This document shows positions 39,175-47,104 of a DNA stretch of 64,000 nucleotides, in pieces. The position numbers and the translations under genes were made by a program. Numbering within the stretch: the stretch's first letter is position 1; the number at the start of each line of letters is the position of its first letter. The notes under the pieces were generated by a model. It made no database searches, was not told the origin of the DNA, and worked only from the letters and a program-made list of their open reading frames with translations. The stretch lies in IMG/VR virus record IMGVR_UViG_3300029362_000002. One strand, written 5' to 3'. This stretch comes from a virus.

Positions 39175-39666
39175 ATGTACGAACCGACATATTGGAAAGA
39201 TGAAGTCGTAGAAAATCCGTATCGGTACAAAGAAACGCAGAACTCGGATGGAAGTATTGAACACGTCCCTGATCCGGGAGAAGTTCTGCAGGAAGGCACT
39301 GAGCAGAGCGCAACTAATTTCAATCACATGGAGCAGGGAATCCTGGAAGCACATGAAATGAGCGCAGAGGCTGTCAGGATGCTAAAAAGTGTTATGAGAA
39401 AAGTAGAGGGACTTGACGGTGAGAAAGTCACAGTCACCCTGACAAATTCCCAGACATATCCGTTTAACAACTCAGTGAAAACCATTCAGCTGAAAACTCC
39501 ACGCAATTATAAGACGTATCTTATCACCGCAGAAGTTATCAGCGTATCTGGTGGTGCTGTGGGAGATATTGAGTTTACGGACAAGCTGCTGAATGGATTC
39601 AAGGTAGCTTACACTGGATCTGCGAAATCAGTAACCATGGACCTGTATGTGAGAGGAGGAATGTAA
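39175..39666 (+). CDS. Tail fibre N-terminal-type protein (XkdV-like)
   Basis: YEPTYWKDEVVENPYRY...GEVLQEGTEQSATNFNHMEQGI is a pattern common at the N-terminus of Firmicutes phage fibre proteins. Confidence 0.5.
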   Translation: MYEPTYWKDEVVENPYRYKETQNSDGSIEHVPDPGEVLQEGTEQSATNFNHMEQGILEAHEMSAEAVRMLKSVMRKVEGLDGEKVTVTLTNSQTYPFNNSVKTIQLKTPRNYKTYLITAEVISVSGGAVGDIEFTDKLLNGFKVAYTGSAKSVTMDLYVRGGM

Positions 39667-39668
39667 TC

Positions 39669-39839
39669 ATGGCAAATGTGATTATCCAGGACGAAAGAAG
39701 ACAGGCAGACATCGAGTATGTTGCCAAGAAGTACGGAATCGACACCAACAACCCGGCAATGAGAGAAGCTGCAGAAGTAACTGCGGTCAGAAGCCGTGAA
39801 GCAATGGAAATGGGAAGAACACAGAGGAGGTATTACTGA
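39669..39839 (+). CDS. 56-aa hypothetical protein (XkdX-like position)
   Basis: MANVIIQDERRQADIEYVAKKYGIDTNNPAMREAAEV.. fills the gap exactly. Its stop overlaps the next ATG. Below the ORF-track cutoff. Confidence 0.4.
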   Translation: MANVIIQDERRQADIEYVAKKYGIDTNNPAMREAAEVTAVRSREAMEMGRTQRRYY

Positions 39840-40204
39840 TGAAGATTACACATTTACCGGAAGACGGAAAGAATTTCATTCCTTACGAGGTATCTGGAAA
39901 AACGATCGACTTTGACGATGGAGAGCTGATGTTCAATGTCTCAAAGAAAGAGCGTGACTATGAGGTTGTGATCGATATTTGCGAAGACTACACCGGTGGA
40001 CTGGTGATGGGAGCCGATGCAGGCGACAAGTATGTTGCACAGATCATTATTCCTGCAAGGGAATATACAGAAGTAGAAAAAGAAAATCCGAACTATGATC
40101 CAGAGAATGAAGAGGGAACCGAACAGCCTACTATCAAAGAGTTGAAGCCGGTTCCTTTTTCTATGGATCGTTGCGAACTGAGATTATGGGAAAGAGAGGT
40201 CTAA
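39839..40204 (+). CDS. Hypothetical tail-associated protein
   Basis: 121-aa ORF directly upstream of the DGR target. Confidence 0.5.
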   Translation: MKITHLPEDGKNFIPYEVSGKTIDFDDGELMFNVSKKERDYEVVIDICEDYTGGLVMGADAGDKYVAQIIIPAREYTEVEKENPNYDPENEEGTEQPTIKELKPVPFSMDRCELRLWEREV

Positions 40205-40207
40205 ATC

Positions 40208-41254
40208 ATGGCAAATTTTGATGATATGAAGCTGGCAGTCGAGGCACTGTCCGGAGGAAAGAACACAGTTTTACTGGATGATCGTGGGATGCCGTCCATC
40301 ATGGTTGCGTTTCCAAAATTCAAAATCTCAGATGTAATTGCCGGAGGAAGTGAGAACATCCATCCGGCATTTTCCGTAGGTGGTGCGGAAAAAGATGTTG
40401 TGTATGTCTCCAAATTCCAGAACATTGTAATGAATGACAGAGCATATTCACTTCCGTTTAAGGACCCGAAGACCGGCGTGAACTTCGACCAGTCCGTCAA
40501 CTACTGCAGAAACAAAGGAACTGGATGGGGCCTGATGCCGTATTCCTTATGGAGCGCTATCGCTCTGTGGTGTAGAAAGAACGGCACTATGCCAAGAGGT
40601 AACAATAACTACGGCAGCGATCACGGATACCCACACGAGAAAGGAACACCGACTTACTACGATAGTAATAAGATCGCTCGTGTAGCAACCGGTTCTGGTC
40701 CTGATACATGGAGCCACAACTGGATGCCGGACGGAATCTTCGATCTGAATGGAAATGTATGGGAGTGGTGCGCTGGCATGAGACTTGTTGATGGCGAAAT
40801 CCAGATTATTCCGTATGCGAACAGCATGATTTTGACAACCAGTATGGCGGCTGGCTCTACAGAATGGAAAGCAATCGCAGCTGACGGTTCGCTGGTGGCT
40901 CCTGGCACTGCTGGTACTTTGAAATGGGATGTTGTTTCTGGAAAGATTCAGCTTACCAAAGGAACTATCACGCCGAAAGACACAGGAAACTGGCTGCCAT
41001 ATAACAATATGACACTTGGCGAAGGACTTACAGCAGCTCCGGAGTTGGCAAAAGCTCTCCTCCTGTATCCGGATGAGCCAAACGGAGATTACGGTGGAGA
41101 TTACCATGGAGTAAATACTTCCGGAGAGCGTTTGCCGCGCTGCGGGGGCAGCTGGAACTACACTTCCCGTGCTGGCGTGTTCAACGTGCACCTGGTCAGC
41201 CCTCGGACTAGCGCCGACGGCTACCTCGGTTTCCGCTCCGCTTTTGTAAACTGA
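40208..41254 (+). CDS. DGR variable protein 1 (FGE-sulfatase/C-type-lectin fold, putative receptor-binding tail protein)
   Basis: DLNGNVWEWCAGMR and C-terminal CGGSWNYTSRAGVFNVHLVSPRTSADGYLGFRSA. The last 113 nt are VR1. Located after the fibre genes. Confidence 0.85.
   Translation: MANFDDMKLAVEALSGGKNTVLLDDRGMPSIMVAFPKFKISDVIAGGSENIHPAFSVGGAEKDVVYVSKFQNIVMNDRAYSLPFKDPKTGVNFDQSVNYCRNKGTGWGLMPYSLWSAIALWCRKNGTMPRGNNNYGSDHGYPHEKGTPTYYDSNKIARVATGSGPDTWSHNWMPDGIFDLNGNVWEWCAGMRLVDGEIQIIPYANSMILTTSMAAGSTEWKAIAADGSLVAPGTAGTLKWDVVSGKIQLTKGTITPKDTGNWLPYNNMTLGEGLTAAPELAKALLLYPDEPNGDYGGDYHGVNTSGERLPRCGGSWNYTSRAGVFNVHLVSPRTSADGYLGFRSAFVN
41132..41244 (+). repeat. DGR variable region VR1
   Basis: 113-nt match to TR with 14 differences. 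Of these, 13 are at TR adenines and 1 is T->G at 41139 near the 5' edge. Confidence 0.9.
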
Positions 41255-41270
41255 GGACTGTAAACTGATT

Positions 41271-41288
41271 GCCGCCTGGGAAGGCGGC
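41271..41288 (+). promoter_or_regulatory. Hairpin downstream of VR1 (DGR target-recognition-type cruciform)
   Basis: gccgcct-ggga-aggcggc: 7-bp GC-rich stem, 4-nt loop, 17 nt after the stop codon. Confidence 0.65.
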
Positions 41289-41312
41289 GTTTGTGGTGAA
41301 AGGAGAAAGAAT

Positions 41313-41744
41313 GTGGCAGAACAGAGATCCGACAATATGACAGCAGAGATGGAAGAGGAAGGACTAACGATATTACAGAAAATTGAAGATATGGAAGTGT
41401 ACGCCCTCCCTCTCATCGAAAGATGGTCCATTGCACACCAGAAATTATTAGGTGACGATATAGCTCATTGTATGAACAGAATGTCGCAGCTGGCGTCGGC
41501 ATTAACGGTTGCATACTACAAGAAAACTTCCATCAGCGAACTGGATGAAATGAACAAAGCACTCCAGTCTCACATCAGAGTAGCCTATCGCCTGGGATAT
41601 TTGAAAGGAAAATCTTCCAGGAGTGAATGGGAAGGCCGTTCTGCAGAGATCGGAAGAATGATTGGAAAATATAAAGAATGGGTATACGGCGATCAAAAAT
41701 CGTCACAACAGAATAAAAGTGCAAAATCAAGGTACAGCCGGTAA
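41313..41744 (+). CDS. avd: DGR accessory variability determinant (Avd-like)
   Basis: 143-aa helical, basic protein between target and TR. GTG start 7 nt after AGGAG (ATG 41337 is an alternative). Confidence 0.65.
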   Translation: MAEQRSDNMTAEMEEEGLTILQKIEDMEVYALPLIERWSIAHQKLLGDDIAHCMNRMSQLASALTVAYYKKTSISELDEMNKALQSHIRVAYRLGYLKGKSSRSEWEGRSAEIGRMIGKYKEWVYGDQKSSQQNKSAKSRYSR

Positions 41745-41780
41745 TGATCCGGTTGTGCCGCCGGGAATAGGCTATTTCGT

Positions 41781-41893
41781 TTGCCGATCTGCGGGGGCAA
41801 CTGGAACAACACTTCCAATGCTGGCGTGTTCAACGTGAACCTGAACAACCCTCGGACTAACGCCAACGGCAACATCGGTTTCCGCTCCGCTTT
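41781..41893 (+). repeat. DGR template repeat (TR); transcribed with the 227-nt TR-RT spacer as the template RNA
   Basis: Non-coding copy of VR1/VR2. In the VR frame it holds 9 AAC + 1 AAT codons (ICGGNWNNTSNAGVFNVNLNNPRTNANGNIGFRSA). Confidence 0.9.
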
Positions 41894-42120
41894 ACTCTCA
41901 TATGCCAGAACCGGTCAGTTCAAGGACTGCCGGCAGTGCGAGAGATTTAAAGGAGTCTATTTCCGCTCCGACCGTGTGGAAGGAGAAAAATGGTTCTACT
42001 CGTGCGTGGGTAGAGCCGTCCCTGTGGAGACACACAAAGCAGGAGACACCTATGGAGGCCGCAAGTAGCGAGAGTGAAAGCTGCCACACATAGTCAAATA
42101 CAAAGGAGCGATAACGCAAC

Positions 42121-43341
42121 ATGAAGATTAAGAATGTTTTTGATCTTATCTTCTCCATGGAAAATCTGTATGGAGCCTTAGAAGATGCTTCAGATCAAAG
42201 GAGATATAACAAGGATGTAATGCTCTTCAATTTCAACGCCTGGGATAATTTGAAAGAGATTAGAGATTCTGTTTACGATGGGACGTATACCATAGACAAA
42301 TATTATATTTTCTATGTGTATGAACCGAAGAAAAGGATGATAATGTCCATCAAATTTAAACACAGAGTTGTTCAATGGGCGATATACAGAGTTATCAATC
42401 CTATGCTGATTAAGGGATATATCAAGGATTCTTACGGATGTATCCCGGAAAGAGGACCACTGACCGCTATGTTTCGGCTTAAATACTGGTTGGAACAGGT
42501 GAACCGTAAGGATGAGCAGTGGTATTACTTAAAACTAGATATAAGCAAATATTTTTACCGGATATCGCATCGGATACTAAAGAAAATACTTGCAAAGAAA
42601 ATTAAGGACCAGCGGTTGCTGAAATTGCTGGAATCAATTATAGATTGCAAACATACACCGTTTGGATTGCCGCCAGGACGTTCACCAGGGGAAGTACCTT
42701 TGGAAGAACGTCTTTTTGATGTCGGAATGCCTATCGGAAATCTGCTATCACAGGTGTTTGCGAATGTGTATTTGGACGCACTGGATCAGTTCTGCAAGAG
42801 GGAATTGCAAATTCATTGTTATGTCCGATACATGGATGATGTGATTATTCTCAGTAGTAGCAAGGCACAGCTCCAGGAATGGAAAGTCAGAATTGCTTCT
42901 TTTCTGGAAACGGAGTTGGAACTGCAGCTAAACAATAAAACTTGTATCCGGCCAATAAATCAAGGCATTGAATTTGTCGGATACAGGGTATGGCCTGACA
43001 AAGTGGTACTCAGGAAGAAAACAACACTTCACATCAAGAGAGTTTTGAAGGCAAAGAAAGAAGCGTACAGAGTGAAGGAAATTTCTTTTAAGCAGGCAAC
43101 AGACACACTGCAGAGTTACTTGGGAATGATGAAATATTGTGACTGCGATGCATTGAAGGAGAAGATTCTGGATGATTTTGTCCTGACGCACGCAGACATG
43201 AAACAAATTTACGAGGAAGGAGGGGATCGGGATGAGAACTACTATCGCAGAGGTGATGGATGGTCAGTCGAAGATTATCCAGTTACAGACGAAACTTATA
43301 GACCGGCTGGCACTTGCATTACTGCAGCATGGAACTATTGA
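42121..43341 (+). CDS. DGR reverse transcriptase
   Basis: RT motifs EPKKR, SYGCIPERG, LKLDISKYF, MPIGNLLSQVFANVYL (DGR-type SQ), YVRYMDDVII (YMDD), GIEFVGYRV. Confidence 0.9.
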   Translation: MKIKNVFDLIFSMENLYGALEDASDQRRYNKDVMLFNFNAWDNLKEIRDSVYDGTYTIDKYYIFYVYEPKKRMIMSIKFKHRVVQWAIYRVINPMLIKGYIKDSYGCIPERGPLTAMFRLKYWLEQVNRKDEQWYYLKLDISKYFYRISHRILKKILAKKIKDQRLLKLLESIIDCKHTPFGLPPGRSPGEVPLEERLFDVGMPIGNLLSQVFANVYLDALDQFCKRELQIHCYVRYMDDVIILSSSKAQLQEWKVRIASFLETELELQLNNKTCIRPINQGIEFVGYRVWPDKVVLRKKTTLHIKRVLKAKKEAYRVKEISFKQATDTLQSYLGMMKYCDCDALKEKILDDFVLTHADMKQIYEEGGDRDENYYRRGDGWSVEDYPVTDETYRPAGTCITAAWNY

Positions 43342-43402
43342 GGATAAGGAACTGGCAATGATTAAAGAAGCAGCGGATCTGCAGAAAGGACTGGAAGAAT
43401 GA
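43232..43402 (+). CDS. 56-aa helical ORF overlapping the RT 3' end (tentative)
   Basis: ATG 8 nt after GGAGG. MRTTIAEVMDGQSKIIQLQTKLIDRLALALLQHGTIEDKELAMIKEAADLQKGLEE. Overlaps the RT by 110 nt in another frame. Confidence 0.3.
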   Translation: MRTTIAEVMDGQSKIIQLQTKLIDRLALALLQHGTIEDKELAMIKEAADLQKGLEE

Positions 43403-43482
43403 AACCTAAAAGCAGAATCAACCGGAGAGCCGGCCCGACAATACACGCACGCCATAAAAAGAAATGAGGAAGGAATACGAAA

Positions 43483-44037
43483 ATGGAGTATCTAATTAAC
43501 CTAGTAGGAAATTATAGCATTGGCTGGGGCATTACTATAATTGCGGCGTTGGTATTCCTTGTTTTGTGTTATCGGAAAGTAGAGAGTTACTTTTCTGACA
43601 AGGTAATTCACGAAAAGGAAAAAAACGAACAATTCAAAAAAGTTATGGATCAGGTAAATATGTACCCATCATGGCATCAGCAGAGCATAGAAATTCAGCA
43701 GCAGTTCAATAAAAGTATTGCAGAGCTGAAAGAAGGCATGGATCAACACCAGAAGCAGCTGGAAAAGATTGAAGAGGACATTATCAGCAGAGAACGTAGC
43801 AAACTTCGAGACAGACTTCTGCAGTCGCATCGATATTTTACAAGTCCGGAAAAAAATCCGCTTCATGCATGGAGCGAAATGGAGGCAGATGCATTTTGGT
43901 CTATGTTTAAGGAATACGAAAATGCAAAAGGGAATGGACATATGCATACGGTTGTACAGCCCGAGATGAGAGCATTGGAAGTGATTCCGATGCACGAAGA
44001 TGCCAAAATTGCTGAACTGATGGGGAGCAGAAAGTAA
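43483..44037 (+). CDS. Membrane-anchored coiled-coil protein (lysis-cassette associated)
   Basis: N-terminal TM segment IGWGITIIAALVFLVLCY followed by a helical domain. Confidence 0.5.
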   Translation: MEYLINLVGNYSIGWGITIIAALVFLVLCYRKVESYFSDKVIHEKEKNEQFKKVMDQVNMYPSWHQQSIEIQQQFNKSIAELKEGMDQHQKQLEKIEEDIISRERSKLRDRLLQSHRYFTSPEKNPLHAWSEMEADAFWSMFKEYENAKGNGHMHTVVQPEMRALEVIPMHEDAKIAELMGSRK

Positions 44038-44072
44038 CCTGTAATAAAGGCCAATGGGAGGCTGTAGGTGAA

Positions 44073-44393
44073 ATGAAAAAAATTAAAAAAGTGGTTGCGG
44101 CCGTAAAGAAGGTCGGAACCTTAAACCTGGTACTGATTCTGGTCGGTGCCTTTTTTGTTTGGTTTAACTGGCAGATGATCCTGGTTTTCCGGGAATATGG
44201 AAGTATGCCGGAAACCTATGCCTGCGCTGTTGTGGCAGCAACAATAGGTGAGTGTGGAATCTGCGGCTGGATCCGGACGAATAAAGATAAGCGGCTGGAT
44301 CGGAAATGGCAGAAAGAAGACGAAAAAGAAAGCCAAGAACAATATGTCCCCGACATAAATGTCGGTAACAAAAACGAGGAGGAAAACTTATGA
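44073..44393 (+). CDS. Small membrane protein (holin-like or holin accessory)
   Basis: Two TM segments (LNLVLILVGAFFVWF, ACAVVAATIGECGICGWI) and a charged C-terminus. Confidence 0.5.
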   Translation: MKKIKKVVAAVKKVGTLNLVLILVGAFFVWFNWQMILVFREYGSMPETYACAVVAATIGECGICGWIRTNKDKRLDRKWQKEDEKESQEQYVPDINVGNKNEEENL

Positions 44394-44701
44394 GCTTAGA
44401 GATTTTTTTACTGTTACTGCTGATCGTATCTATTTTTACAGGACTCTTCACAGAGGGAATCAAGAAATTGATGGATGAGGTAAACAAGAAATACCTCTCC
44501 AATTTCTTAGCCGGTTTCGTTGCAGTCGTACTGTCAGTTCTGGTAGATGCGGGATATATCATTCTGACGGAGGCACAGATCAATGCAAAGATGGCTGTAT
44601 ATTTAATCGCCCTGGTGTTGTTATCCTGGCTGGCATCAATGGTGGGATACGACAAGGTGATCCAGGCTATTACGCAGTGCAAGAAGTACAAAGAGGAGTA
44701 G
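44390..44701 (+). CDS. Holin
   Basis: 103 aa with three hydrophobic segments and a charged C-terminal tail (QCKKYKEE), just upstream of the endolysin. Confidence 0.65.
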   Translation: MSLEIFLLLLLIVSIFTGLFTEGIKKLMDEVNKKYLSNFLAGFVAVVLSVLVDAGYIILTEAQINAKMAVYLIALVLLSWLASMVGYDKVIQAITQCKKYKEE

Positions 44702-44703
44702 AC

Positions 44704-44856
44704 ATGGGGAATGTAGCAAAAATCGTAGTGGGGGTGCTTGCCATAGGCGGCACCTTTTTCATTCTGTTAATCAGAGAATTTGGGAAATTTATTGACGAAG
44801 TTTCACCCTACAACTGGGGAGAAAGCGAGGTGCTGAAAGATGAGTATAAACGTTGA
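44704..44856 (+). CDS. 50-aa single-TM peptide overlapping the endolysin start (tentative)
   Basis: ATG follows AGAGGAG. MGNVAKIVVGVLAIGGTFFILLIREFGKFIDEV... Below the ORF-track cutoff. Confidence 0.4.
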   Translation: MGNVAKIVVGVLAIGGTFFILLIREFGKFIDEVSPYNWGESEVLKDEYKR

Positions 44857-46495
44857 GGCGGAGAAAAGAGCCTATAAGAAATTCAGACAGGCCGGCATGA
44901 CTGCAGCTGGGGCTTGCGGCCTGATCGGAAACCTGGAAGCGGAGAGTGATGGTTTCTACACAAACCGGGTTGAATACCTGTGCCTTAAACGGCTGAAAGA
45001 AAAGGGAAAAGTCTATACCCATGCCACCTATACTGCAGCGATCGACAGCGGAAAGATCTCCTGCGAGGAGTTCTTACATCCGCTTTCCGGAAAACAGTAC
45101 GGGTACGGATTGGCCCAGTGGACAAGCCCTGGCAGAAAATCTGGTCTTTGGAATTTTGCCAAGCAGAGAGGCGTGTCCATTGCGGACGAAGATATGCAGC
45201 TGGATTTCTTACTGAAGGAACTGAGAGAAAGCTACAGCCCGGTTTTGGCTATTCTCAAATCAGCAACAACAATCCGGCAGGCATCCGATGTTGTTTTAAA
45301 GAAGTTTGAAATTCCGGCCAACACAGGGGAAAGCGTATGCGAAAGTAGAGCGGCAAGAGGCCAGAAATTCTATAACGATTATGCAAAGGAGGAAAAAATT
45401 GTGAGCGTGAAAATTAGTAATTGTGGACATGATGAAAATGGACGTTATGCAGGAGGCCAGGCGGGCGATCAGACTGGTACAGAGTATCAGATCATCAACT
45501 GGTACAACAGACCTTGGCTCTGTGTTTTACGATTTGAGGACCAGGAAGTAGCGGCACTGATTGCAGAGATGGCAACACAGGCCGCAAACAATAATATGAT
45601 CGGCTATGACCAGGGAACTGCAGGGAATAGTAATGATCGCTATACCTTCTGGGAGCAGCTGGCCGCAAATGGTTATGATCCATCAAAAATCAAAAAGCCA
45701 TGCGAAACAGACTGCAGCCAGAGTACCGCAAGCATCGTGAAAGCAGTCGGATACCGTCTGAATAAGCCGAAGATGAAAGCAGTTAGCGTTTACTTGACTA
45801 CATATAACATGAGAAGCGCATTCAAGACAGCGGGAGCAAAGGTTCTCACCGATCAGAAATATCTGACAAGCGGTACATGCTTAAAGCCTGGAGATATCCT
45901 GCTGAATGACAATCATCATGTGGCTATCGCAGTGAGTGGAGATGCCAGTTCCAATGCAACTCCGGCAAAGAAGAATTATTTGGAAAAGGGAGATACCGGA
46001 TCAGAAGTAACCGCGATGCAGAAAATGCTTATCAAAGTTGGATATTCTTGCGGAGCCGCAGGAGCTGACGGAGATTTCGGCTCTGACACTGATTCAGCTC
46101 TTCGCAAATTTCAGAAAGACAATGGGCTGACGGTTGATGGACAGTATGGAACTAATTCCAAAGCCAAGCTGACCGCTCTGTACAACAAAAAGGTTGGAAC
46201 CACCACATCCAACAAGAAAGACGTAACGACAGTAGCCAAAGAGGTGATTGCCGGTAAATGGGGTAGCGGAGATGAGCGGAAAAAGAAGCTGACTGCGGCC
46301 GGCTATAATTATGACACTGTTCAGAAGAAGGTGAATGAGCTGCTGAAGACAAGAACAAAGAAATCCGTAGCTGAAGTTGCAAAGGAAGTCGTTTCCGGAA
46401 AATGGGGGAACGGAGCCGATCGGAAGAAAAAACTGGAAGCAGCCGGTTACAATTATGCCGAAGTCCAGAAAGAAGTAAACAAGCTACTGAAATAA
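44840..46495 (+). CDS. Multidomain endolysin
   Basis: N-terminal lysozyme-like domain (GACGLIGNLEAESDGF..YGLAQWT). Central Cys/His amidase-peptidase-like domain (CETDCSQST..NHHVAIAV). PG_binding_1-like repeat (GDTGSEVTAMQKML..DGDFGSDT). Two Cpl-7-like repeats (GKWGSGDERKKKLTAAGYNYDTVQKKVNELL). Confidence 0.8.
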   Translation: MSINVEAEKRAYKKFRQAGMTAAGACGLIGNLEAESDGFYTNRVEYLCLKRLKEKGKVYTHATYTAAIDSGKISCEEFLHPLSGKQYGYGLAQWTSPGRKSGLWNFAKQRGVSIADEDMQLDFLLKELRESYSPVLAILKSATTIRQASDVVLKKFEIPANTGESVCESRAARGQKFYNDYAKEEKIVSVKISNCGHDENGRYAGGQAGDQTGTEYQIINWYNRPWLCVLRFEDQEVAALIAEMATQAANNNMIGYDQGTAGNSNDRYTFWEQLAANGYDPSKIKKPCETDCSQSTASIVKAVGYRLNKPKMKAVSVYLTTYNMRSAFKTAGAKVLTDQKYLTSGTCLKPGDILLNDNHHVAIAVSGDASSNATPAKKNYLEKGDTGSEVTAMQKMLIKVGYSCGAAGADGDFGSDTDSALRKFQKDNGLTVDGQYGTNSKAKLTALYNKKVGTTTSNKKDVTTVAKEVIAGKWGSGDERKKKLTAAGYNYDTVQKKVNELLKTRTKKSVAEVAKEVVSGKWGNGADRKKKLEAAGYNYAEVQKEVNKLLK

Positions 46496-46556
46496 CAGCG
46501 GAGAAATGGTGCTTTTGAAGAGAGTCTGCACCTCTGAGAAAAATATATCACACACG

Positions 46557-46590
46557 CCCTGGTCCTTCGGGACTGGGGCATTTTTTATTG
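46557..46590 (+). terminator. Intrinsic terminator after the lysis cassette
   Basis: ccctggtcc-ttcg-ggactgggg, then cattttttatt. Confidence 0.65.
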
Positions 46591-46859
46591 CAAAATGCGG
46601 AACAAGTTAGAGGTAAAAATCAATATACAAAATAACTAAAATTTCAATGCTATTTTTGACGAAATGTGCCTGAGCAACGATAGAGATTTTTTCAATACCT
46701 AATATACCTAAAGGCAAAAATTCGGTATAGGGGCGTGTACGAGCGTATAGCCCTATATGCTTTTTTCGGGGAAATGCTTGTGGTTCCGGTAGATAATTTG
46801 TGAAAAATATGATATTCTTAAAGAGCTGCCGAACCTCCAGCAGAAAGGAGGTGAAATCA

Positions 46860-46952
46860 TTGGATAAAATAATCGCCATTATTCTTGTCCCTGTCGCAGT
46901 AAATGTAATTAGCTACTACATTTGCAAATGGCTGGACAGAAAAGACAAATAG
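46860..46952 (+). CDS. Fst-like type I toxin candidate (30 aa)
   Basis: TTG 7 nt after AAAGGAGGTG. MDKIIAIILVPVAVNVISYYICKWLDRKDK has a hydrophobic helix with a central Pro plus a charged tail. Confidence 0.55.
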   Translation: MDKIIAIILVPVAVNVISYYICKWLDRKDK

Positions 46953-46994
46953 GCAGCATAGCAGCCTAAGGCATAAGCCACCTACATAACGGAA

Positions 46995-47070
46995 TAGAAA
47001 ACCCCAGAGATCTGATCCATCTCCGGGGTTTTCGTTTTGCTCATTGGATAATCGCCATTACCCTTAGCTG
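46995..47070 (-). ncRNA. Candidate antitoxin sRNA (RNA II-like)
   Basis: Runs from the minus-strand promoter at 47076-47104 to the shared terminator. Contains UAAUGGCGAUUAUCCAAUGA, complementary to the toxin start region 46857-46881. Confidence 0.45.
46996..47037. terminator. Bidirectional intrinsic terminator shared by convergent toxin mRNA and antisense RNA
   Basis: A-tract, ccccagagat-ctgatcc-atctccgggg (10-bp stem with 1 mismatch), then ttttcgtttt. Confidence 0.6.
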
Positions 47071-47075
47071 TTTTC

Positions 47076-47104
47076 AGTATATGCGTATCAGACAAAAAAG
47101 TCAA
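47076..47104 (-). promoter_or_regulatory. Minus-strand sigma-A-type promoter for the antisense RNA
   Basis: On the minus strand: TTGACT, 17 nt, TATACT. Confidence 0.55.

Larger units (their letters stand above)
40208..43341 (+). other. Diversity-generating retroelement cassette (target - avd - TR - RT)
   Basis: See the component features. TR/VR differences are adenine-specific. Confidence 0.9.

Noticed and set aside
41138-41139. Non-adenine TR/VR1 difference (T->G at 41139) as an argument against DGR mutagenesis
   Set aside because: It is a single position at the extreme 5' boundary of the repeat, next to an A->C change. VR2 is identical to TR there, and all 26 other substitutions in both VRs are at adenines.
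40547-41431. Long antisense ORFs: 40547..41431 (-), 30289..30954 (-), 54591..55280 (-), 5666..6361 (-), 26007..26534 (-)
   Set aside because: They lie entirely opposite strongly supported + strand genes, lack RBSs, and have Ser/Leu/Pro/Cys-rich low-complexity translations typical of shadow frames.
41781-42093. Track ORFs 41781..42068 (+, 95 aa) and 41902..42093 (+, 63 aa) between avd and the RT
   Set aside because: The first is simply the template repeat read in the VR frame (MPICGGNWNNTSNAGVFNVNLNN...) running on into the TR-RT spacer. It has a TTG start and no RBS. This region is the non-coding DGR template RNA.
46607-46879. Minus-strand 90-aa ORF in the AT-rich region after the endolysin
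   Set aside because: No RBS, a low-complexity Ile/Phe/Leu-rich translation typical of AT-rich DNA, and overlap with the upstream region and RBS of the better-supported small toxin ORF.
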